Below, one piece after another: positions 56,352 to 64,000 of a stretch of 64,000 bases of DNA. Within the stretch, counting starts at the first letter, position 1, and each line of letters opens with the position of its first letter. The notes beneath the pieces are model-generated. The model did no database searches. It was not told the origin of the DNA and saw nothing but the letters and a program-made list of their open reading frames with translations. Source of the DNA: an uncultured bacterium (GTDB lineage Bacteria; Desulfobacterota_D; UBA1144; Nemesobacterales; UBA2774); the NCBI GenBank assembly GCA_963705505.1, contig CAVPJU010000006.1, forward strand, positions 640,001 to 704,000. The letters run 5' to 3'. A program made the translations under genes and the position numbers.

Positions 56352-58058
56352 GTGTTGGAAAAGAAATCGAACCCGGACTTGAAGTCAGATAAATTACGGA
56401 AGTACTCTTCGATAGTTGTGGAAGGGGCGGACAGGGCTCCCAACCGTTCCATGTTAAGGGCCGTGGGATTTAAAGACAGGGATTTTATAAAACCCGTAAT
56501 CGGGATTGCATCCACGTGGAGCATGGTAACCCCGTGCAACATGCATATAGACAAGCTCGCTTTGGAAGCCGCGCACGGCGCTGACAAAGCGGGCGGCAAA
56601 GCCGTCATATTCGGCACGATAACCGTGTCGGACGGTATATCGATGGGTACCCCCGGCATGAGGTACTCGCTCGTTTCGAGAGAAGTAATAGCCGATTCAA
56701 TAGAGACTGTCGCAGGGGCCGAGGGATTCGACGGGCTCGTCGCGATCGGAGGATGCGACAAGAACATGCCCGGATGCGTTATAGCCATGGCCCGCCTCAA
56801 CAGGCCTTCTGTTTTTGTTTACGGCGGGACCATAATGCCCGGGAACTACAACGGCAAGCCCGTCGATATCGTGACCGTTTTCGAAGCTGTCGGTGCCCAT
56901 GCGAATAATGATATCTCCGACAGCCAGCTTAAGAAGATAGAATCCTGCGCCATTCCCGGGCCGGGCTCGTGCGGCGGTATGTATACGGCGAATACAATGG
57001 CGTCCGCGATCGAAGCTCTCGGGATGAGCCTTCCGAACAGCTCCGCACAGGCCGCGATCTCCGTAGAGAAGAAAAATGACTGCGCCAACGCAGGTGCAGC
57101 CGTGCTGAACCTGATAAAGAACAATATCCGACCGACCGATATAATGACGCGAAAGGCTTTCGAGAATGCGATCACTGTTGTCATTGCGCTCGGGGGATCG
57201 ACGAACGCAGTTTTGCACCTTCTAGCCATGGCTAACGCGGTTAATGTCAAGCTCTCGATCGACGATTTCACGCGCGTCGGGAAAAGGGCGCCTGTTCTTG
57301 CCGATCTCAAGCCCAGCGGCAAATTCATGATGGCGGATTTTTGCAGGATCGGAGGGCTAACTCCGCTCATGAAAATGCTACTCGACGAAGGGCTCATTCA
57401 CGGCGACTGCCTCACCGTTACAGGCAAGACCGTAAAGGAGAATCTCCGGGATGCCGGAGCGTATCCGAAAGGCCAGGAGATAGTACATCCGGTCGATAAC
57501 CCTCTCAAGAAGGACAGCCACATAGTCATCCTGAGGGGCAACCTGGCGGCAGAAGGCGCCGTCGCAAAGATTTCGGGGCAGGAAGGACTTTCTTTCACCG
57601 GCAAAGCGATAGTTTTCGATTCTGAAGAGGAGAGCTTAAAAGCTATACTGGCCGGAAAGATTAAGAAGGGGCACGTCATAGTTATCCGCTATGAGGGTCC
57701 TCGCGGGGGACCGGGCATGCGGGAGATGCTGTCGCCGACCTCTGCCGTTATGGGGAAGGGTTTGGGCAAGGATGTGGCGCTTATCACTGACGGAAGGTTC
57801 TCGGGAGGAACTCACGGGTTCGTCGTCGGGCATATCACGCCCGAGGCTTATGACGGCGGGGTCATCGCCATTATTAAAAACGGCGATACAATCACGATCG
57901 ATGCTTTAAAGAGAGAGATAAATCTCGAAGTCCCGAAGAGCGAAATAAAAAAACGGCTCTCTGCATGGAAAAAGCCCAAACCAAAGGCGGAGAGGGGCGC
58001 CCTCGCAAAGTATGCGAAACTCGTCTCTTCGGCATCAGAAGGCGCTGTGACTGATTGA
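56352..58058 (+). CDS. ilvD: Dihydroxy-acid dehydratase
   Basis: [52 protein letters not shown]. Confidence 0.97.
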   Translation: MLEKKSNPDLKSDKLRKYSSIVVEGADRAPNRSMLRAVGFKDRDFIKPVIGIASTWSMVTPCNMHIDKLALEAAHGADKAGGKAVIFGTITVSDGISMGTPGMRYSLVSREVIADSIETVAGAEGFDGLVAIGGCDKNMPGCVIAMARLNRPSVFVYGGTIMPGNYNGKPVDIVTVFEAVGAHANNDISDSQLKKIESCAIPGPGSCGGMYTANTMASAIEALGMSLPNSSAQAAISVEKKNDCANAGAAVLNLIKNNIRPTDIMTRKAFENAITVVIALGGSTNAVLHLLAMANAVNVKLSIDDFTRVGKRAPVLADLKPSGKFMMADFCRIGGLTPLMKMLLDEGLIHGDCLTVTGKTVKENLRDAGAYPKGQEIVHPVDNPLKKDSHIVILRGNLAAEGAVAKISGQEGLSFTGKAIVFDSEEESLKAILAGKIKKGHVIVIRYEGPRGGPGMREMLSPTSAVMGKGLGKDVALITDGRFSGGTHGFVVGHITPEAYDGGVIAIIKNGDTITIDALKREINLEVPKSEIKKRLSAWKKPKPKAERGALAKYAKLVSSASEGAVTD

Positions 58059-58321
58059 GAGCTTCAGACTTTATTTTGGTCCGGGGCGGTATTGGGTTAG
58101 ATCGGCAGGGGTTTTGGTCTCATACCGTCTAGAATTATGTGCTGCTTTGGCCAAGAACAGGGCTAATATCCACTCAGCTTGCATGGTATGCGTGTAAAGC
58201 ATACCCCCCCCGGAAAACCTGTGGAATTTGTTCAGCATTAATCCTGCAACTTTACACGCGACATGAATTTTGGCTCATAAAAGTCAAATAGAGCTGGATT
58301 TTTGCAGGATTTGCTCAATTA

Positions 58322-58375
58322 TTAACAATTCCTTAAACAATCCCTAAAACTCCCTTAAATTTCACCCGGTATAAC
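58322..58375 (+). promoter_or_regulatory. Pho-box-like direct-repeat array and -10 box
   Basis: TTAAC(58322), TTAAA(58333), CTAAA(58344), TTAAA(58355) at exact 11-bp period, 10 nt, TATAAC(58370). Confidence 0.65.
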
Positions 58376-58488
58376 AATATCATGAGCACCGTTGATTAGG
58401 TCGACGAGATGTGAATGCGTAATAACTAATAAAGGAGGTTTTTTATGTTGTCAGGTAACCACATTAAAAGGAGGACGATGGATAGTTT

Positions 58489-59215
58489 ATGACTACACTG
58501 ATAGTTTCCGATGTACACCTCGGCTCCTACTATAACAGGGCAAGTGAATTGTCCGCGTTTATAAGGTCGGCAAGCTATAACAGGCTTATAATTCTCGGGG
58601 ACCTGTTCGATAAGCCGAGTATTGAAAGGCTCCGCGATGAAGAATGGGAATTCCTCGATCTCGTGAAGAGCATGTCGCATCGAAGGGAGATAATCTGGGT
58701 AGAGGGGAATCACGACGAAGGTCTTTACGAGACCATCCCTTCTCTCCTCAATATTCTGGCCGTAAAAGAATTCGAGTGGACATCGAGCGGGAAAAAATTT
58801 CTCGCGATTCACGGTCACCAGTTCGATTTCTATTGCAGGAATAAAACTGTCCTCGCCTCGTGCGCTGGGGGTTTATACAGAATGCTCCGGAGGGTAGACC
58901 TTTTCCTTGGAAAGGGACATATTCCACAGACTCTGCTTCGAGAACAGAGCATGGAAGCGTTCGTCGAACATCGTGACCGACGGAGCTCTTCAGTACGGTA
59001 AAAATCAGGAAGCTGATTTTGTGTTCTGCGGACACACACACAGGGCATTCAATATGAGAAGGGACGGGGTCGAGTATTTCAATACCGGCTGCTGGAACGA
59101 CAGGTATTGCCATTACGTGACTATCGATAATCGCGGAGTGAGCCTGAGAAAGTTCGCCGAATACGGGGAGGTAATCAAGTCGGGCGTTCGGCTTGCGGCA
59201 CAGCAGGCTACTTAA
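58489..59215 (+). pseudogene. LpxH/PlcP-like metallophosphoesterase, frameshifted near 58900-58915
   Basis: SDVHLG, GDLFD, GNHD, HGH in the first frame; GHTH and YFNTGCW in the +1 frame; may be an assembly error. Confidence 0.8.
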
Positions 59216-59568
59216 TCTTTTGCGAGTTTTTCTAGATATTCTCTCAGCGCGGAAGCGCTGTTATACCGCTCTTCATTGGAACCATAGACGAAAGTGACAT
59301 CACTTTCCCCCGCAATTTCTATTATCTGCTTCAATGCATCCCGGTTTCGGTCAAGCTCGCGATAGTAGCGTCTCTTGAATTCTTCCCATTTGGATTGATC
59401 GTGGGAGAACCACTTGCGAAGCTCTGTCGAGGGCGCAGCATCCTTTAACCAGATGTCCACCTTGGCGTCTTCCTTCGATAACCCCCTCGGCCACAGTCTC
59501 TCCACCAATATACGAACACCGTCGCCCGCTTCGGGTTTATCGTAGACGCGTTTTAGCTTGATGGTCAT
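59212..59568 (-). CDS. DUF488 (YeaO-like) protein
   Basis: [35 protein letters not shown]. Confidence 0.92.
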   Translation of the reverse strand: MTIKLKRVYDKPEAGDGVRILVERLWPRGLSKEDAKVDIWLKDAAPSTELRKWFSHDQSKWEEFKRRYYRELDRNRDALKQIIEIAGESDVTFVYGSNEERYNSASALREYLEKLAKD

Positions 59569-59665
59569 ATTCTTCAGAAGACTTTATCAGGAAGTATGAC
59601 TATGAGCGGATTTTCGCACGGTTGATTTTCTATTTGTTTTCTGAACCGGGTCTAAATAAATACGG

Positions 59666-59980
59666 TCAGTCCTCGATCAGGACGTAAATATCGTCCCCTT
59701 CCACTTTCACATCGAACGTCTCGACAGCATCGATTGCGGGGAGGCAGAGCGCGTCTCCGGTCTCGACATCGAATTCAGCACCGTGATAAATGCAGGTGAG
59801 CTTTTTCCCTTCGAGTATCCCGTCTGAGAGTGGATACGCCTGATGCGTACATTCGTCCTTGAACGCATAAAACTTCCCGTCCACGTTGCAGACCGCGATC
59901 ATCTCGCTCCCTGCGGCAAACGACCTGATCTCGCCGGGGGGCACGTCGGAGGTCTTAGCAAGTTTTTCGTATTCTGCCAT
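59666..59980 (-). CDS. Rieske-type ferredoxin
   Basis: CTH...CIYH Rieske ligands, FDVETG. Confidence 0.93.
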   Translation of the reverse strand: MAEYEKLAKTSDVPPGEIRSFAAGSEMIAVCNVDGKFYAFKDECTHQAYPLSDGILEGKKLTCIYHGAEFDVETGDALCLPAIDAVETFDVKVEGDDIYVLIED

Positions 59981-60020
59981 CCTGAATATCCCGTAGATTA
60001 GATAGGGTGGGGGGCATCAC

Positions 60021-61364
60021 TTAATTCGTCTCGGGCTGTTTTCTTTTGGAGAACCAGTCGGCGACGAGTGCTTCGCAATAATTTCTTATCTCTTCTATCT
60101 GCATGCTTTCAAGCGTGCCGCTCGTAAACGCGCTCAGGATTATTTCCCTCGCCGTTTCTTCCCGGATGCCGCGGGAGCGCAGATAAAAGACGGCATTTTC
60201 ATCCATCTGTCCTATCGTAGCGCCGTGTGTGCATTTTACGTCGTCGGCGTAGATCTCGAGCTGAGGCTTCGTATCGATCTGCGCGGTGTCGGAGAGAAGG
60301 AGGTTCCTGTTAGTCTGCTTTGCGTCCGTTTTCTGGGCGTCTTTATGCACTATTATGCGCCCGTGGAATACGCCCCTCGACTTCCCGTCGAGGACGCCGT
60401 TATAGAACTGCCTGCTGTCGCAGTGGGGGCTTGCGTGCTCGACCTTCATGTAATTATCCATGTGCTGTCTGCCCGTGGACATGAAAAGTCCGTTGATAAG
60501 GGAGTCGCATCCTTCTCCTGCAAGCACGGGATGGACGTTGTTTCTCACGAGCGCCCCGCCCAGGAGAACCGAGTGCGAGCGGATATTCGAGCTTCGCCCC
60601 TGCTGGACACGGAGGGTCGAAATATTAAAAGCTTTTCTGCTCTCGCATTCGATCATGTAGTGGCCGACCGAGCTGTTTTCGCCGACCACGAGCTCCGTCA
60701 CCACGTTCGAAAAGTAAACGCTTTCGTCGAGGGATACATAATGCTCGATTATATTGGCCTCGCAGTTGTCTTCGACTACTATGAGGTTCCGGGGGTTTGT
60801 TATCGTGGCATTTTCGCTGCGGGCCGTGATATAGAGGAGATGCACCGGCTCTTTTAAGTGCGTGCCCCCGGGGATATAAACGAATCCCCCGTCCTGCATG
60901 AACGCCGTATTCAGCGCCGTGAACGCCTCTTCATTAAAATCGGCGTATTTCGACAGATACTGTTTGACCAGTCCTTCTTCGCTTCCGAGAGCCGAAGCGA
61001 GGCTCAGGACCTTGGCTCCCGGAGGAATATCCGAAGAATCGGACAGCTCGGGCGAATACGATCCGTCAATGAATACGATCCGAATGGTTTTTAGCTTCGG
61101 GAACGTGAATTTTTTTAATGCATCCCTGGACACCGTGGGGCGGCCGTTAGTTTCAATATTGAATGCTGTCCTCGCTATGGGAGAGACGTTCGTGAACCGC
61201 CAGTCCTCGTTATCGGGTGTGGGAAATCCCAACTCCGAAAATCTCCTGAAACCCTCTTCGCGAAGCAAGTCGAGCCATAAGATCCCTTTTCCCGGGGCTT
61301 TTTTTCTGAATTCCTCAAATCCTTTCGAATACCCGTTTTCATCTCTGTTAAAAGTAATGCCCAT
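60021..61364 (-). CDS. sufD: Fe-S cluster assembly protein SufD
   Basis: EDWRFT, FTALN, GVFHGRI, KPQLEIYADDVKCTHGAT, FYLRSRGI. Confidence 0.96.
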   Translation of the reverse strand: MGITFNRDENGYSKGFEEFRKKAPGKGILWLDLLREEGFRRFSELGFPTPDNEDWRFTNVSPIARTAFNIETNGRPTVSRDALKKFTFPKLKTIRIVFIDGSYSPELSDSSDIPPGAKVLSLASALGSEEGLVKQYLSKYADFNEEAFTALNTAFMQDGGFVYIPGGTHLKEPVHLLYITARSENATITNPRNLIVVEDNCEANIIEHYVSLDESVYFSNVVTELVVGENSSVGHYMIECESRKAFNISTLRVQQGRSSNIRSHSVLLGGALVRNNVHPVLAGEGCDSLINGLFMSTGRQHMDNYMKVEHASPHCDSRQFYNGVLDGKSRGVFHGRIIVHKDAQKTDAKQTNRNLLLSDTAQIDTKPQLEIYADDVKCTHGATIGQMDENAVFYLRSRGIREETAREIILSAFTSGTLESMQIEEIRNYCEALVADWFSKRKQPETN

Positions 61365-61378
61365 CGGGGTAATTCTCC

Positions 61379-62143
61379 TTAATTGTTGACCGCTTGTTTG
61401 GCTTCCTCTTCCACCCAGCCGTAGCCTTTGTCCTCGAGCTCGAAGGCGAGCTCTTTGCCGCCCGATTTTAATATCCGTCCGTTGACGAGCACGTGTACGA
61501 AGTCGGGAATTATGTAGTCGAGGAGTCTCTGATAATGGGTGATCACTATGAAGGCCCTCTCCGGGCTCCTGAGGGCGTTTACGCCGTCCGCCACCACTTT
61601 AAGCGCGTCTATGTCGAGTCCCGAATCGGTTTCGTCGAGAATCGCGAGCCTGGGCTCGAGTATCTGCATCTGAAAAATCTCGTTCTTCTTTTTCTCTCCA
61701 CCCGAGAATCCCTCGTTGACGGACCGCTTGAGGAGGTTGTCCGCCATCCCCATTATTTCCATTTTTTCTTTGGCGAGTCTGGCGAATTCCACGTGCTTGA
61801 GCGGCTCCAGCCCTCTGTACTTGCGTATCGAGTTCAAAGCCTCTCTCAAGAGGTACGTATTCGCCACTCCCGGTATCTCTACGGGGTATTGGAATGCCAT
61901 GAATATCCCTTCACAAGCCCTTTCCTCGGGAGCGAGCTCGAGCAGGTTTTTTCCCTCGAATATTATTTCTCCCTCTGTGACCTTGTAGGATTCGCGGCCG
62001 GCGAGGACCTGTGCCAGTGTGCTCTTCCCCGAGCCGTTCGGACCCATGATCGAATGCACTTCCCCCGCATTCACCTTGAGATCGAGCCCCTTGATTATTT
62101 CCTGATCTGCAACACTTACATGCAGATTCCTTATTTCCAGCAT
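61379..62143 (-). CDS. sufC: Fe-S cluster assembly ATPase SufC
   Basis: GPNGSGKST, AFQYPVEIPGV, NEGFSGGEKK, LDETDSGLDID. Confidence 0.97.
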   Translation of the reverse strand: MLEIRNLHVSVADQEIIKGLDLKVNAGEVHSIMGPNGSGKSTLAQVLAGRESYKVTEGEIIFEGKNLLELAPEERACEGIFMAFQYPVEIPGVANTYLLREALNSIRKYRGLEPLKHVEFARLAKEKMEIMGMADNLLKRSVNEGFSGGEKKKNEIFQMQILEPRLAILDETDSGLDIDALKVVADGVNALRSPERAFIVITHYQRLLDYIIPDFVHVLVNGRILKSGGKELAFELEDKGYGWVEEEAKQAVNN

Positions 62144-62196
62144 TTCCTGTCTCCTTAGCTATTTTCTCTGTTGGTAATTATTCCGGGTGGCAATTA

Positions 62197-63633
62197 TTAT
62201 CCGACACTACCCTCAAGGCTTATGCTCAGAAGCTTCTCGGCCTCTATGGCGAACTCAAACGGGAGCTCCTTGAAGACCTCCTTGCAGAAACCGTTTACGA
62301 TCAGAGATACCGCGTTTTCGGCGGATAGCCCGCGCTGCTGGCAGTAAAAAATCTGATCGTCTCCGATCTTTGAGGTGGAGGCTTCATGCTCCATCTTGGC
62401 GGTCGAATTTTTTACCTCTATATACGGGAACGTATGCGCGCCGCACTTATCCCCTATGAGCATCGAATCGCACTGTGTGTAGTTCCGTGCGCCCGCTGCG
62501 TCCTTGCCGATCTGCACAAGGCCCCTGTATGTATTTTGTCCGTGGCCTGCCGAAATGCCCTTGGATACGATCGTGCTCTTCGTGTTCTTGCCTATGTGTA
62601 TCATTTTTGTCCCTGTATCGGCCTGCTGGCGCCTGTTCGTGAGAGCAACGGAGTAGAATTCCCCGACGGAGTCATCCCCTTCGAGGATGCAGCCCGGATA
62701 CTTCCACGTGATCGCCGAGCCCGTCTCTACCTGGGTCCATGAGATATGGGAATTACGTCCTACGCACCTTCCCCGTTTGGTCACGAAATTATAAATCCCG
62801 CCCTCTCCCTCGGCGTTGCCCGGATACCAGTTCTGGATAGTCGAGTACTTAATGGTCGCGTCTTTATACGCTATGAGCTCCACTACGGCCGCATGGAGCT
62901 GGTTCTCGTCCCTCTTAGGAGCGGTGCATCCCTCGAGGTAGCTCACGTAGCTTCCTTCTTCCGCGATAATCAGAGTCCTCTCGAACTGCCCCGTGCTTTC
63001 AGCGTTAATTCTGAAGTAGGTCGAGAGCTCCATAGGGCAGCGGACGCCCTTGGGGACATAAACGAATGACCCGTCTGTAAATACAGCCGAGTTAAGGGCC
63101 GCATAGAAATTGTCGTTGTAAGGGACGACGAATCCGAGGTACTTTTTGACGAGCTCGGGGTGCTCCTGTACCGCATCCGATATGGAGCAGAAGATTACGC
63201 CTGCCTCGGCAAGCTTCTCCTTAAAGGTCGTAATGACCGAAACGCTGTCAAAAACAGCATCGACGGCAACCCCTGCGAGCATCTTCTGCTCGTCGAGGGG
63301 AATTCCGAGCTTTTCATACGTCATTCTAATCTCGGGGTCTATATCGTCCAGGCTCTTGGGTCTGTCTGTAATTTTAGGCGCGGCATAATAGCTTATGTTC
63401 TGATAATCAATCGGCGGAAAGGTTACATTAGCCCACCTGGGCTCCTTCATGGTGAGCCAGTGCTTATAGGCTTTAAGTCTCCACTCAAGGAGCCATTCCG
63501 GTTCGTTTTTCTTCTGCGAGATCAGCCTTATTGTGTTTTCGTTGAGGCCTTTAGGGGCGATCTCCTGCTCGACGTCCGTGAAGAATCCGTATTTATATTC
63601 CTGCTCGGCCAATTTCTCCAAATCGATACTCAT
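62197..63633 (-). CDS. sufB: Fe-S cluster assembly protein SufB
   Basis: [46 protein letters not shown]. Confidence 0.97.
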   Translation of the reverse strand: MSIDLEKLAEQEYKYGFFTDVEQEIAPKGLNENTIRLISQKKNEPEWLLEWRLKAYKHWLTMKEPRWANVTFPPIDYQNISYYAAPKITDRPKSLDDIDPEIRMTYEKLGIPLDEQKMLAGVAVDAVFDSVSVITTFKEKLAEAGVIFCSISDAVQEHPELVKKYLGFVVPYNDNFYAALNSAVFTDGSFVYVPKGVRCPMELSTYFRINAESTGQFERTLIIAEEGSYVSYLEGCTAPKRDENQLHAAVVELIAYKDATIKYSTIQNWYPGNAEGEGGIYNFVTKRGRCVGRNSHISWTQVETGSAITWKYPGCILEGDDSVGEFYSVALTNRRQQADTGTKMIHIGKNTKSTIVSKGISAGHGQNTYRGLVQIGKDAAGARNYTQCDSMLIGDKCGAHTFPYIEVKNSTAKMEHEASTSKIGDDQIFYCQQRGLSAENAVSLIVNGFCKEVFKELPFEFAIEAEKLLSISLEGSVG

Positions 63634-63643
63634 TAAAGCCTCC

Positions 63644-64000
63644 TTAGTTTACCCTGGTAAGACCGCGTAAAGTTTTTTCGGTCAGCATATGCTCGAGTGT
63701 CGTCTCTTGAAGTATCTTTACCATGGATAGCTGTATTCTATCCCAAACCGGGAGCTGAGGGCATGTTTCATGCAGACGGCAGATAGCATTTTTGTCCATG
63801 CAGTCCACTATTCTTATCTCGCCCTCTATCGCTTCATAGATGTCCCGTAAGCTTATATCACTCGGCGGTTTACGGAGCGTGTAACCTCCGGCGGGCCCCA
63901 CCATCGATTTAACTATGCCCCTTGTAACGAGCCTCCGCATAATTTTGGCAAGATAGTTCAAAGGTATATGCTGATGCTCGGAAATTTCCTTCATGCTGTG
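63644..64000 (-). CDS. Rrf2 family regulator (IscR-like), truncated by the window edge
   Basis: YLAKIM..L, GPAGGY.L, three-Cys region [14 protein letters not shown]. Confidence 0.9.
   Translation of the reverse strand, partial: HSMKEISEHQHIPLNYLAKIMRRLVTRGIVKSMVGPAGGYTLRKPPSDISLRDIYEAIEGEIRIVDCMDKNAICRLHETCPQLPVWDRIQLSMVKILQETTLEHMLTEKTLRGLTRVN

Noticed and set aside
56508..56523. parS-like palindrome GCATCCACGTGGAGCA
   Set aside because: About 12 of 16 positions match, it lies in conserved ilvD codons, and no convincing parS was seen near parAB
1..64000. CRISPR arrays, IS elements, prophage, defence systems, rRNA, DnaA-box cluster
   Set aside because: No repeat-spacer arrays or matching protein motifs were seen by eye

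Overview
A 64 kb chromosomal segment from a diderm bacterium (lolA, type IV minor pilins, sigma54 promoter). The gene style is deltaproteobacterial/Desulfobacterota-like, but taxonomy cannot be fixed from this window. Housekeeping blocks: coaBC, parAB-purSQ, ftsK-lolA, nuoABCD with a detached nuoN, tmk-holB-metG, ilvD, rrf2-sufBCD and one tRNA(CAT). I found no integrase, transposase, CRISPR array or rRNA. Main observations: (1) a MarR-controlled QueG/reductive-dehalogenase-like Fe-S protein fused to an SCP2 lipid-binding domain, with its palindromic operator visible twice locally and possibly once 50 kb away; (2) three promoters that share a Pho-box-like array (four TTAAC-like repeats at ~11-bp period, 10 nt before the -10), in front of a long pyruvate kinase, a PlcP/LpxH-like phosphoesterase and an unannotated small-RNA candidate; (3) two orphan promoter/anti-SD/terminator units that look like sRNAs; (4) a tusA-cysteine synthase-JAB-MoeB sulfur relay cluster with no ubiquitin-like carrier gene; (5) a sigma54-driven pilV-W-X-Y1-fimU cluster whose PilY1 carries an unrecognised 4-Cys repeat inside its vWA domain; (6) a TMTC-like GT-C glycosyltransferase overlapping a polyprenyl-phosphate phosphoribosyltransferase, next to cofE. 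Three genes are broken by single-base frameshifts, which may be assembly indels. All calls are by eye, without database searches.
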